A model generated the notes under the pieces. That model did not search any database, had not been told where the DNA came from, and saw only the letters and a program-made list of their open reading frames with translations. A program made the position numbers and the translations under genes. DNA of 61,571 nt, the filler included, from Choristocarpus tenellus KU-1152 (Eukaryota > Protista > Phaeophyceae), in NCBI GenBank assembly GCA_964200185.2. It is 12 parts of 12 records of this genome, joined end to end, with 100 filler letters (N's around TTAATTAATTAA, not from the genome) between each part and the next. Parts side by side here need not be neighbours in the genome. Positions count along the whole stretch, not along the records: positions 35,137 to 39,136 come from CAXNAD020016729.1; positions 39,237 to 45,434 come from CAXNAD020008704.1; positions 45,535 to 49,391 come from CAXNAD020017535.1; 9 more parts are not named here. One strand, 5' to 3'. This document shows positions 35,284 to 48,819 of this stretch, piece by piece; positions within the stretch are counted from its first letter, which is position 1; each line of letters begins with the position of its first letter.

Positions 35284-38200
35284 GTGGCGATTTCCTTGCA
35301 CTCTAGGCAGTATGGTAACGCCTCCCCTGAGACAAACAATGCTCGATGTGTAGAATTTTTACCGAAAATTCTTCAAGGACCAGCTGAAACCTTTTACTTT
35401 CAGGCTTTGGCAGGCACAGTGGAGTGGCGTTCAACAAGTGATTTGGCTCGGTTGCAGTCGTCTCTTGACATCCCCATCCCCATTACACCACCAAAGACAT
35501 GGGATGATGTCCAGAAAGCCCTTGTCACTGCGTTTACTCCTGCCCATGCTGTAAGTGTATCGTCGCGTCGATTAACGTCTCTGAAACAGGGGGAGAATGA
35601 ATATGTTGATCAGTATACTTTACGTTGCACCACTGCAATGAATCGTTTTTTGGATGATGTTCATCGCACAACATCGTCCTCAGATGCAGTTGACACCAAA
35701 GCTGTGCTTGTCGAGCAACTGAGGATTACGCTGATGGAAGATGACTTACTCCCTGCGATTCGTCTTGAACAGATTCGGGACGAACCTGCCACCTCGTTTG
35801 GACAAGCTCGTGACCGTGCCAAACGGCATGAAGCTAACCATTTGTCTGGTCATAAACCCAACCCCATGACTTACACAAGTGCTGTTACTCACAATTCTCG
35901 TCGCGCACAGGTTCCTCGTAGCGAACTTGAGCAGTCACAACGTGAATGCCAAAGGCTACGTACCGAGGTGGAACGTCACCGAGCAGGGGAGGCAACCCTC
36001 AACAGGGCCCAGCTCAGTCGTCGGCTGGTCCACCTCCCTCAGCCGTGCACTTTGACAGGTCAACACGACCCCAAGACACGTCACCTTACTCAGCCTCACC
36101 GTCCAGCTCGACGTACACTATGGATCAGCAAAATAGTGTGTGCAAGTACCAGGGTTGTCAGGCAGCGACTCGTCAGGGTCACACAACCCAGTCGGGCCTG
36201 GACAATCCGCGGGGTGCTCGGAACCCATACTTGCGTCGTAGAGGCAGGGGTCGTGGCAGTTGTGTTCGTGTTCGTGAGGACAGTGAGTCAACACCTGGTC
36301 ATTATGGTCCGCGTCCCTAGGGATGCCCAGGTGGATTTGACTCCTGTCTACTTGGAAACAGCCATGGAATCGTTGTTGACACCATCGTAGGGAGTGGCAA
36401 GCGTCAGAGATTGACGCCATTCGTACCTCTTGCCCCGTAGCCATCGTTTATTGCCGTCACTAAGCATTTTTCTTTGCCATTAGTTCAACCAAACTCGTGT
36501 AATAATAATGAAACTTGGTTCAACAGTTCTTTGTGCAGATACCCATCCATGCCCAAACCTTTGTCGTTTTCATCACAAAGAGTTCGTGTATCTGGCACCG
36601 TTGAAGAACAAGAGGAAAATGACTTGACAATGACACAGCCAGTGATGTACCATGTATTTCTGAAATATTTGTTCGCAATCACCCTCAACTGAAACGTTTT
36701 GATGTGCATCCTGTCCCACCTGGTGCAATAAATCTACGTGCAGCAAATGGTTCACCTTTGCATATTCGTGGATTTATTCGTTTTGCACTTACACTTGGTG
36801 ACACCACATTGCCAGTTGAAGCTTTAGTGATTCCCCAACTTGGTCCCGATAAAATTCTGCTTGATAATAGTGTTATGCAGGCCTTCGGTGCAATCCTTGA
36901 TTGGCAAGAACGTCTTTCATTTCACAACAGTTCGTGTACCATTTCAGCAAGACATCACATGACAAGGAGCCCCACTCAAGTACGTGATACAAGTACAACT
37001 CCTTCGTGTTCTGTGGTGAGTGTGCAACATGATTTTGACCCTGTACCTGTTCGTGTACATAAACAGTACAACATACCAGTTGGTCATGAAATCATCGTAC
37101 GTTGCATCACTGATACTAGTCTGTCATTGGATACTGCCGTAGTAGTGGAGCCAGTCATACACTCCATGCCTGCTGTAGATCAAACATCTGAACCTACACA
37201 TCCATGGAATCGTGTCGTAGCTGCTCGCACTCTCAGTATTTGGTCAGTCAATAATAAATCTGATGACTCCCCACGATTCTGTGTAGACTACAGGTCAACT
37301 GTTAATAAACACATTGTTCGACAGTCTTGGCCTATGCCTGATATAGAGTCTCATATTGATACTGTTGGGGGTGCCAATTTTATCACCGTTTGTGATATTC
37401 AGAGTGCGTATTGACAAATTCCTGTTGCTGAGGATAACATTGATAAAACCGCTTTTGTCACGTCCAGAGGCAAATACGTTTTTAAGAGGATGCCCTTTGG
37501 GATATCAAATGCCCCTTGGCAATTTCAAAGAATCGTGTCGTTAGCATTTGCCAACTTTGGTCCATTGAGTGGGTTGCTAGTTTACATGGATGATCTGATT
37601 GCTTGTTCTCCCACGTGGGAAGGACACATACACTTACTAGAACAGCAGTTCAAAGCGTTACAAGCAGCAGGTTTAACCTTGAAACCGTCAAAGATCCAGT
37701 TTGGACCCAAAGAAGTACGTTACCTTGGTCACATTTTATCGTCTGAAGGGATTCGTATTGGTGAGGATCGTGTCCGTGCAATCACTGAATTACCCAAACC
37801 CACCACCATCAAAGAACTTCGATCTGTCCTAGGTATGATAAATTTTGTGCGTAAATTCATACCCAACTTAGCCACAGTAATCGAACCGTTAGTTCTTCTC
37901 ACTAAGAAAGGTGTCAATAAGAGAGTGGATAAAGAATGGGGATTGGACCAGGACGTGGCATTTTTTAAAGTAAAACAATTACTCACTGCTGCCCCGGTTC
38001 TCGTGTTCCCTGACTTTACAAAAGAATTCATCATCCATGTTGATGCCAGTGAGAGTGGTGCTGGAGGTTTTTTAGCACAACCTCGATCCGATAATCCTGC
38101 AGACCTAGGTATCATTGCATACTTCAGCAAGAAATTTAATGAAGCTCAACGTCATTATTCAGCTACATTAAGAGAGTGTTATGCAGTCGTTACAGCCATC

Positions 38201-38728
38201 ACGCATTGGCGACCGTATCTTTGGGGTAGACACTTCACCTGCATCACAGATCATGCCGCATTGTGTTACTTGTATAGAATGCAGGATACCAGTAACATGC
38301 TTACTCGTTGGACCATTGCTCTTCAAGCGTATGATTTCACAGTCAAGCACAAGCCTGGTAAGCTCAATGTTATACCTGATACTCTATCTCGTATTTTCAA
38401 GTTCGTGGAACAGGAGAAACCTGTTGCTCCAATGGTGGCACCAATCTGTCGCAATGTGCCTGAAGGTAGTCGTGCATTTACCACACGTGTTCAAAAGGTA
38501 TAAGAGTTATCTGCTTCTAACCTTGACCAAGCAACGCCCGTCCAAAGTGATCGTGAACTGTTTACTAGTTCCACTACCTTGTTGCCTTCAGTGGGCCCGG
38601 AGCAATTGTGCAAGGAGCAGGAATCCGAGTTCAGGTATTTGCAGTCCCCCAACGTCGCCCTACCGCCTGATAAGGATTCAACGACGTCTATCTTGTATTT
38701 TTCCCTTCGTAATGGCTTACTGTGTCGA
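35284..38728 (+). mobile_element. Ty3/Gypsy LTR retrotransposon: gag, protease, RT, RNase H; integrase and LTRs missing
   Basis: Gag LKQGENEYVDQYTLR. Protease as in 516-1007. RT PRFCVDYR, MPFGISNAP, VYMDD, YLGHILS. RNase H IHVDAS, YSATLRECYAVV, TDHAAL, HKPGKLNVIPDTLSR. A few stops and frameshifts. Confidence 0.93.
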
Positions 38729-38897
38729 ATAACCTAGTGTTATCCTTGCGTTATCTGTGCTGTTACAAGTAAACAACATAGCTTGTATGTACGTTGATCT
38801 TTAGTTTATACAGTACCTACCCCGATTTTGTTCACCCGTGGGCTTGCCCGAAAAAAGCGGCACAGAATTGATGTGGTACAAAATCGTTTTTGTAGTG

Positions 38898-38986
38898 ATT
38901 AATCGTGGTGAGCTGGGAAATCAATCGTCGAAATGACTAATTAATCGTGGCATTCCTGAGAAATCAATCGTGGAATCGACTAATTA
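38898..38986. repeat. Two-copy ~42-bp direct repeat rich in AATCGT
   Basis: attaatcgtgg...gaaatcaatcgt...gactaatta occurs twice. Confidence 0.7.
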
Positions 38987-40014
38987 TAAGCTTCATGGAT
39001 AGGATGGAAACCATTACGAGCGCTTTTTTGTAATGATGTTTATGTGTTAATGCGCATCTCCCGCCTCGCCATAAGGAGAATACTGCATGTACCTTCTACC
39101 TCAGAGTCTCTTCAGTCTTTCTAAAACATATTGTCGNNNNNNNNNNNNNNNNNNNNNNNNNNNNNNNNNNNNNNNNNNNNTTAATTAATTAANNNNNNNN
39201 NNNNNNNNNNNNNNNNNNNNNNNNNNNNNNNNNNNNAAAAAATTTCTGAAAGTTTTACCCCCCTCAAAAAAAAAAAAAATTTACCCCCCCTCCCCAAACC
39301 TCCCCCCCCCCCCCCCCCCCCCCCCCTTCAATTCACCTTTAGATCTATCTATACCAACGCATAGCAGCCTCAGGGGTGTTGACCAATCAAAGCATTTGCC
39401 TTTGTGTTGCAAGGTCTCAACACTGGAGCAAGAGCTGTTGATCCACAACTAGAGATTGTCAATCTCTTTCACTAAATGAGTCCTTGACACCTCAAAACAA
39501 ACAAAACAAACCTTCCACAAAAAAGATAATGTGTTCGAATTTTTTCCTCCATAATACTTTCACTCAGTACAAAAAGGACAAGTCCTCAGGGGATAGGATA
39601 GCTAGTGCCATGCAGAATAAGAGACATCTTCAACCTATATTGGAAATCTTTTGAGGCCCCTACTCCAGCCTACATCCATGTCACGCTCTAGTAACAATGT
39701 TCAACTTCAACAATGTGTTTTCAACTTCAACCTTTCCTTCCATTACAATAATTTTCTACATTTTTTTAAATGCGTGTCATGTCAGAGAGGTTATAACCCC
39801 AATAACATCATCACCCCCACAATACCCTACTATTTTTGTATATTTATTCTTACAGTGGATGCCCTGTCCAAATTTATTTTGATCAAATGCCAATATTACA
39901 CTGTCTTCCTCCAAAAAAAGTCTTGAAAAAAACTGAAACGATTATCAAAAACCAAAAAAAAAAAAAAAAAAAAAAAACATTCTTTTTTTTTAAAAACAAC
40001 AATTTAAAGATACA

Positions 40015-40050
<36 letters not shown>

Positions 40051-40125
40051 AGATCATTCTTTTTTTTTAAACACGACATTTTGGTGTTCCCCACATTCAA
40101 CGCGAAACAGAACAGTTTCAACTGA

Positions 40126-40249
40126 CAACAACAGTCACAACAAGAGTCACAACAACAGTCATAACAACAGTCATAACAACAGTTACAACAACAGTCACAA
40201 CAACAGTCATAACAACAGTCACAACAACAGTCACAAAAACAGTCACAAC
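40126..40249. repeat. 12-bp minisatellite (AACAACAGTCAY), ~10 copies
   Basis: Seen directly in the sequence. Confidence 0.92.
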
Positions 40250-40515
40250 ACAACTCCCTGGTCGGTCGTCTTCCATTCCCTCTGTCCATGTCCTTCTGAT
40301 TACATGCTTCACAATTTCATTTCTGTCGGTTTCACATCGGACACAAGAAAACATAACACACTACAAACAATCAAATCAAAACAAGTGACGCACGCCTCCC
40401 CCCCCCCGCTTACAAACTCCACCGACGAAAAATAAAAAATAACTTGCACCAGAACAGAAATGGGGAAACAAACAACCAGATATAAAACCAACAATACATT
40501 ACACCTCTCTTGCAA

Positions 40516-40538
40516 CCCTAACCCTAACCCTAACCCTA
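40516..40538. repeat. Short interstitial telomere-type (CCCTAA)n tract
   Basis: accctaaccctaaccctaaccctaa. Similar tracts occur at ~5281, ~30106 and ~40921. Confidence 0.7.
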
Positions 40539-40568
40539 AATCCAAAATGCATTCAAAACTGACCTGAC

Positions 40569-43170
40569 TGCCTTGGGAACATCCACCTCAATGTCCTCCA
40601 GGATTTCGATCATTCCCCCCAGTGCCTGCTCCAAGCCAACCTTCGGCAGCTTCTGCTCCACCAGCAGCACACGCAGCAATGAAATGACCTTAGGGCGTTC
40701 CACGACCTTGCCTTCCACAACCCTTTTCACCAGGAAATCGGCCATCTCATACCCTGCAATTGCCCCTCCAGGAAGCTCGGTGAACGACTGTATTCACCAC
40801 AGTCACCGACAGTTTCAATTCCACCACAGGACACACGAGACTTTGTTATTGGCCCAAATGCCGGAGGATATGAAAAAAAAAAACGTGCTCCAGCTTCTTT
40901 TTTCTTCTTCATTGATGGACTTAGGGTTAGGTTTAGGGGTAGTTTATCCTCTTCTTTCAGCCTTAAGTAAACTAGCAGCTAGACCTGGCACGTGAATCAA
41001 CACCTTCAACACCTACATGATCGATTGCTCATAACCCGACAGAGGAGCATTAACAGTTACGTAAATGTGCACTGGAGGTAATTCCAGAACTTACTTCATT
41101 CCACTAATGAACACCTTCACCTGTAAGCATCTACCATACCCCACCACTTACTAGGATACAACTGTGACAATAGCAAAATCCTATGTACTATAATCTACCC
41201 AAAAACTGGCCAATTCCCCTTGCATCAAAAAGAGGTAATACGTGAATAGAACCAATCTATCTTAGAACAGAACCAAAACATCATGTACTAGCAGGAACTA
41301 ACCATGGCTGCTCACCACCTGCAGGCACATCCAGATTCATCCCCACAGCCTACCCCTTTCACTAATTTGTAGGTCTAGGACTCTTAGGGTCAAAGTCGTT
41401 CCCTCAAAACACCACTCTGAGGTTGAGTTGCCCCTTTCCATACAACCCCTGTTTGGAGTTATACACCTTTGAAGTTATACTCCTTCCTAATATTTTAACA
41501 GTTATCCTTTCAAATGAATCGCATTTCATTGGTCAACACGCGTACAGTACCGTTAACACATAAAATAAAAATAAAAACCACAAAAGAAAAAAAAAGGCTC
41601 AAAGTATCTGGGAGGGGGTGACTGGGCTGTCCACTTGGGGTCATTTTTTTCATATCACGATTTTTGGGTGATTTCGCTCCCATACATCGGATGGATAACG
41701 CAACTGCACTTCTTTCCTGATCTTGGTCCAAATGGACACCCTCGTGTAGAGACCCCCCCCCCCAGATACTTTGGGTCAGAACACACAATAAAAATAAAAT
41801 CAAAACACGCCCTCGAACAAGTGTCAAAAACATCATCAATGTCAGAAATAAAAAAAACATCTATCAAACATCAATACACACCTACACATGCACACCTACA
41901 GACACTAACCCACATCAAAAAGGTACAATAACAAATCTACATAAAAGGTACAATAGCATATCTAAATAAAAGGTACAATAGCATACCTACAAAAAAGGTA
42001 CAGGCTTTTTTCTCTCACCCAACAAATGAAAATGGTCCCATGCCCCAGACCATATCACCTCAATATTGTACCACTCCATGTCCCCAAGGTACTGTAATGG
42101 TCCAAGTACACTATTCAGACCGGGTCCAATACTCCCTGAACAGTCTCAAAATTTTGTCCGTATAATGTCCACTTACTAAGCCTAACATTTTTAACCAAGC
42201 AAGAATACATGACCATGTCACCGTGCCTACTATGACTCCCACATGCGTCCAAAATACACACCAACACTAGCAATCCATCGCCTTTCTTTTAAAAAAATAC
42301 GTGTTCCAAGAACAGCTGCAAACGGTCCATCTTACTACACAAATCCTATTCATGACATCATCAACGAACTCTCTCTTTGTTAGAACCGATACCATTACTT
42401 ACTATTATTATTATTATTATTATGTAGACCCAGTGAGTACATAAGATACAGTGAAAACAGGACACAGCCAACACCCACTCCCAAATCAATCCTACCATAG
42501 ACGAAATGTTCTAACAAGACCCAGTCCAAGGCCATCACTCTCACTCAAACATACCCGGGGCCACCACCCAGCCCAGCACAAACCAACTTCAAAGACGGTC
42601 GAATCCATCGCCATCAACATTTGAAACACCACTAGGCCACATGCCAGCCTCAACCACGGCTCCGACATTGCCCATCACTAACCCACCTGCCTCAAGACCC
42701 CGCAAGAAACCCAACACAAAACCCCAGACAAGCAAGACATACACCCAGAAACCCAACACAAAACCACGACCACCCCCACCCACCTGCAACGCCTCCTTAG
42801 CATCATCCAAGGCTATGTATTCCGCCACCATCCCGTTGATCTTATTCTTCAACAACTCCTTCGCCTTGTCATCCATCTGATCAACCACGCCTTGGCCTGG
42901 ACCATCCACTCTACCGCCCCCTCCCCCTGCCTTCATCCCCCCATCCCTGTCCCTGCCATCGAGGTGTCGATCCCCAGGCCTGTCACCCCCTCCACCATGC
43001 ATTAGCCTACTAGGCCGTATTTTATCCCCAGCACGTGAGTCTCTGCGTGATAGCCCTCCGCCTCCCCCACCAATACCAACACCACGATCTCTCTGATCAG
43101 GGGCACCAACCACACCCCTCTCCATTCTTTGTCCGCTACTGGTAAACCCCCTAAATATATAAATAAATAA

Positions 43171-43212
<42 letters not shown>

Positions 43213-44334
43213 GGAATGAAAGGAGACACAACGGTAGGGCAATCAGAAAAAATTATAACTAAATAATGCAATTTTCTCAGTTCAAGTCTTGTAATATATA
43301 GATATATTAAAAAAAAGAACTATACATATGTGGAAAACAGACACGCACACATGAAAACAAAATTAAACACAGAATTACACCTTGACCTAACACACACTGC
43401 ACTTCCTCTCAAAATGTTCATATCTTTCTTGAATCTTGTAAGAATGTTGATAACAGTTAACAGTTCCAGCAATAACAAAGAAATTAAAATATCAATCTAC
43501 TGTTCTCAAAACCCACATCCACACGCCATTCCCCTTCCACTACTGCATTCCTAGTTCAAGCAATCTTTAAAATACAGAAAAAAAGTCCCCCCCCCTCCCC
43601 CCTCTCCAAAAAAAGGAATCAAATCAACATTAAAAACTTAATTCGCAAAACACACAGAATACTGTAAAAACATAACTACAAACCACTGTCACCAGCAGGA
43701 CATCAACATCAACATCAACACAATCAGTCACAACACAACTCACTCCACCCAACCAAACATTCAATAAAACATACTGAAGGAAACTCTCCCCTCCCTCCTT
43801 TCACTTACAACCAACTTACGAGAAATTCAATCCAAACCAACTCACTCTCACACTCACAATAAAATATGTTATTTTTTAATCTTTCCTCTTCACACACCCA
43901 CACCATAGAAACATAAAACACATACAACGAAAAATAGCGCGCAAAAGAGTACACCAACAGCAGGACAATCACGGGATAATCACAAGAAATTTCGGGACAA
44001 TCACAAGAAAAAATCAGGGCAATCACGGGACAATACAAGAAAATTTCAGGACAATTACAAGAAAAAAACAGGACAATCACACGGGACAATCACAAGAAAA
44101 CCACGGGACAATCACGGGATATTTGCGGGACAATCACGGGATAGTTCTGGGCAAGTTACAGAAAACCGTGTGACAATTACGTTATGGTTACGTCAAAATC
44201 ACGGGATAATTACAGAACTGTTCCCCCCTCACCTATCCCTCTCACGCCGTCCTGAGCTTGCACGGAAGTCTTGTGTGGCACCTCCACGAAATTCATTATA
44301 GAGTCCCGAACCACGCACTGGGCCTCCAGAACGC
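40569..44334 (-). CDS. eIF4G-like translation initiation factor, partial (RG-rich linker plus MA3/MI domain)
   Basis: Exons 44334-44233, 43150-42784 and 40787 to ~40569 splice in frame. Product includes LKNKINGMVAEYIALDDAKEALQSFTEL...ALGGMIEILEDIEVDVPKA (MA3 signature EY...D-x-x-EA...EL...D-x-PKA) after an R/G/D-rich region. Confidence 0.8.
41596..41777. mobile_element. MITE family 2, full copy in an eIF4G-like intron
   Basis: ggctcaaagtatctgggaggggg ... ccccagatactttgggtc. Flanks are aaaa/agaa. Confidence 0.88.
43964..44213. repeat. Degenerate intronic tandem repeat built from ACAATCACGGG / ACAATCACAAGAAA units
   Basis: More than a dozen alternating units are visible. Confidence 0.8.
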
Positions 44335-47300
44335 CTGACCATATATATTGAAAAAATCATCACAGGCAGCAGGAAGGGGACAGAAAACAGACAAGGCTCA
44401 AACAAACTTAGCAATAAAAAAAATTAAATAAAAAAAATTAAATCACTAACCGAGTCTGATTTTTTTTAGTAACCTAATGTTATACTCTATGCTTACTTCA
44501 TTTTATCATATTTTTTAATCTTCTCAATTTCAGTTTTTACTACATTTCCAAGTATACTCACTACACTCACACATATCATAATAAAAAATAAATGGTCGAT
44601 AAGCAGAACCTTTTTTGTCCAATACCTTTATTCATATAAACAAAAAATACATCACCAGAATTTGCTCTCAAGAAATGTGTAGGCATTGTCCAAAAACCAG
44701 CAAATCCCCACACATTCATTTTACATACTGCACCAAGTTCCAAAATTATCAAAAATATATATCAAAGTTATCAAAACTAATCAACCAACGCCTTCCATAG
44801 GAGTGGAAAACATACTGCACTACCAACAACTCATGCATTTCACTTCAGAGTCATACCCCAGGGTGAGTATCTTCTCAATCCCATTTCCCCTATACATACA
44901 CATATGACCACTAAAATAGACCTCTACAACCCAATGGCATACTTCAAATCAGACACAAAGAACTCAAAACTGAATGAGTCCTCAATAGTCCGACCATACT
45001 ATTCATTTCCTAATCGTAACGCCTTCCTATCCTGGTAACCCTAACTCCTACTCTCACCCTCCTCCAAGTAGCATTTTTTCACTGCATTAAAAAAAAACCA
45101 TGAATAACTTTTTTTTTAATCTTCAGTTTTATCCTCCGTCCAACCTTCCACCCAATCGCGCGCTCTAAACACAAACACAAACACAAACTCAAAAAAAACA
45201 AAAATAAACATATTTCACATCAAACACCCCTAACCCTACCATCCTGAATTATCACACCACACAAAAACAGTTTCTCCCTTTGAGAAGGTCAAACAAAACC
45301 ACATTCAAGAGAGACCAACAGAGGGACGGCAGGGCGGGGGGAGGGGGGGGGGGGGGGGGGGGGGGGAATGCTTATCTATTTCCTAGGTCTCCCTCGTACA
45401 TCAGAAGTCGACCAACAATACCTCCTTCTGCACCNNNNNNNNNNNNNNNNNNNNNNNNNNNNNNNNNNNNNNNNNNNNTTAATTAATTAANNNNNNNNNN
45501 NNNNNNNNNNNNNNNNNNNNNNNNNNNNNNNNNNTTTTCCGCGCACCATTTTGGGTCAAACTCATCCTCCATGAAATGCTCCATCCTCAATTTTGCCGAG
45601 AGGCTGTTAGTCGGATGAAGCCATCCCGCCCCAGAGTGATCGAGAGTATTTACTTCAGGAGTTGAAATATTCCGAGTAGTAGAAGTGACCATAATAAGGT
45701 TCTCTCTGAGGGTCAAAAGAAACAGTTAAAGTTGCGTAATGAATGTTTACCTTCACCACCTGACACGGACATGTTGACTTCTGCAGAAACAAAATATACA
45801 ATGCCACGAACGTGATGGACATTCTTTGTCAGACAAGTCATATCAGCCCGGGCATTTACGTAAGATTTACTCCTTCTGTGATGAACTTGTTCGCAAGAAA
45901 CCCCACAAACCTGTGCTCCTACATGACGACAAAGTCTCTCGACATCTTGGTTCCAATTTTTTGTTGCAGTAATACCCCATCTTGATGGACAAAGGTCCCT
46001 TCATAAATATTTAAAGTCTTGGTGGGAGTCTTGTCAACCTTGTCAGCAGCGTAAACAGTCACATCGCCTACTATCACTACATTTAGATCATATACCAGTG
46101 CATAGACGTCTAGTTGTATCATATATTTGAAGTACCACCCTAGGTCGCAAATATATATTGCCTGCTTGTGGATCATTTAACTCGTTTTGACATTCTGACC
46201 AGTGCATCAGATAATAAGCAAAAACGAATAATTTTATAGCAATAGCGGATCGGACTTTCAGTTTTTGGCCCACCAGAGTCGTTACACTCTTACCAAGGAG
46301 CAGAATCTGAGAGAACTTTTATGTGAACTGCAGCGTGTATGTATACGGGTTTGTGAAAACGAAAAACGATTCCATACAGGCCACAAGCTAATGGTTTGTT
46401 GCAATGTATCCACTCAACTATGCATGAGTTGTTGTATCTGTATTCTAGTATGGGTCAGGATAATTGGGCTGAGAGCTGTTACCGTTTATTCAACTAGCCC
46501 CACATTTCAGCATATAATACTTCTGTACAAGACATACCTTTTATCCCGGTGTCCTTTGTCATCCTCTCCTGCCTATAGATATGATGCTATGCTGAATGTA
46601 TGGTATTACAAGTCCCTAAACCTGCCTTTATGTGTGGGAGATTATGCTTCTAATACCATACATCAGTTACAATTTACCTACGAGTTAGTCCGTCGTTACC
46701 TCCACGAACGTGCGTCACAGTACGAGTATGATGAAGCAAAATGGCAATGTTTTTATTATTATTTCATTTCCTACACAGGGCCGTTACACTTCACCAGTGA
46801 GAGGTATTCCACAGGGTTCCACTACCAATTGTATATACACACACACATAAACCCCTTTTTCTTTCAAAGTGTACAAGAGGGTAGAGCTCTAGAGGATTGG
46901 ATACAAGTAAAGGCGCAAAAGAAGGATCACACCACTATTGCCATGATGAGGAGAGAGAACCAAATGCAACAATGATGATAAAAATATTGTAGCTCCGACA
47001 TGCCCAACATATCAACCATGCCACAACAAGTGATACCTCTCGCTTGACCAACAGAAAAAGAATAGCCCTACATAGAGAAACAACTCATTCTAACCTGTGA
47101 GGTTAACAATGTGGTTGTGCACGAGGTCGAAAAGTGACATGACACGTTGTGCTCCACAAGCACCATAAATCGTCCGACAAGGGATGAAACATGTATACTA
47201 CTCTAGAGTATTCCGCAGCTGCACCACACTGTGTACACTATGAGAAACATGAAAATAAAACACATGCATGAGGAGGGCGAGGCTGGCCCTGTGACATCAT

Positions 47301-47449
47301 CATCGGCAGCAGTTGGCAATAGCAACCCTCTGTTGCACTCAGGACTCAACAGACATATCTACAAGAGAGGGAAACATTGACATGGACAGTACAAGGGGAT
47401 TCTTGTTTCCAGTTGGATGCCTACTTATCTACACAGTGATGTGAGGTAA

Positions 47450-48819
47450 TCAGCCATCAAATATACTCATTGAAGTCACAAATGCCTGAAAAGGTGAGAG
47501 GGGCCAACCAAAGTCCACACTGAAGTAATCCTCTCCAATCTGTTCCAGGGCAGGGGAGGGGGGCGGGGATCCTGAGTGAGGGAAGAGTGAGTTTCGTCTA
47601 GTAAATAAAACAGGGGGGAAAATAAATTTGATGGAAATTGATCTGTTGATTGAGAAAACCTAATTGCTTCCGTGAAGACATTATGACTTCAGTCGATGGG
47701 GATATTTTTTCATAACCTACAGGCTTGTGCTCGGAGCACTCCACCCAGTTTTTGTGCATACCATGCATTCACACTGGAAACACCAGAAGACAAGAGTGAC
47801 AAAACACACTACAGGCACACAAAAAGGTGAGACACACAGAAACTCCTCATCCCCCCTGTCTATCATAAGCATGCATGCCCTGACTGTCTGACAGTGAAAT
47901 ACAAGCTCTTTTCCTCCACACACCCTTTCCTGTAGTCAACTTGTGTACCCTCACCAACAGTGGAGTGTATGAGCAACAAAGCAATCCAACAAGACATGCA
48001 ATGGAAAGCATACATCTCTTGCAGTTGGTGATTCAGCTGTGCTGATCATCGCATAGTGGGGGGCTTGAACGATGTAAACAGCTTAGTTTTGAAAAAGTAT
48101 ACACCAAATTACACACCTTTCCTATCTGCAGAGTGGATGGCATTGACCGCCGAGCCTCTGTCTCTGCCTCATCCATTGCTGTCACTCCTCCCCACCCATT
48201 AATACCACCTCCTTTTGATGTCCCAAATAATGGATGGATATGTGCAGCATGGGAGTGGGCGAATACATGGGACACAGAGGGATCGGGAAAGAGATCCTGT
48301 AAATTCCAAAAACGTCACACAACACTGGGAATGATTTTAAAAGGGTTCTAGTGCACCCCAATCTCTTTTCTCTTCCTCGGCCCTGCAGCCAAGATAAGTG
48401 TCATGAACACCAAGAAACTATGATACCAACTACAAATGAGGATCACCTTTGAGAACGTATTCATACTGCTACAAAAAAAAAGTACTTACATGCTAAAACA
48501 TATATCTGATGGGGTCCAGAAGAAGCCCTTGAAGGACCACACTTGGGTACTGGTCGATGGGCTAGCTAACAGTGAAACGTACACCCCACCTCCTGCAGTG
48601 ATTATCACATAGCAAGCACTAACTGACCAACTGCCTCAACGCACTCCTTCCCCCAACCAGCTTGAGTGGCACACCAGTTAAATCACCCTCGCCCCATCCC
48701 CTAAGTACCTCCCCCAACCTGTCTCCCTTGTAGATATGCGACCTCTGGTTCGTCCATCATCCCCACCAATTGAGCTCAAGTTGATGAGGCTCACATTCTT
48801 CCGAGATGGTTCCCTCACT
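47450..48819 (-). CDS. Tubby (Tub)-domain protein, C-terminal exons
   Basis: Exons 48819-48719 (VREPSRKNVSLI), 48296-48117 (...STLQIGK) and 47539-47450 (IGEDYFSVDFGWPLSPFQAFVTSMSIFDG*) match the Tub consensus RV-x-x-x-S-x-KN...LQFG[RK]...D-x-F-x-x-D-x-x-x-PLS-x-x-QAF...FD. The small linking exon is uncertain (48382-48357, or part of 48592-48490). Confidence 0.8.

Noticed and set aside
39836-40435. 199-aa Lys/Asn/His-rich ORF and its antisense Cys- or Val/Thr-rich ORFs
   Set aside because: They are produced by poly-A runs and the 12-bp minisatellite.
45535-46975. ORFs 46265-46975 (+) and 45919-46273 (-)
   Set aside because: They have non-ATG starts, no recognisable motif and no convincing splice partners.
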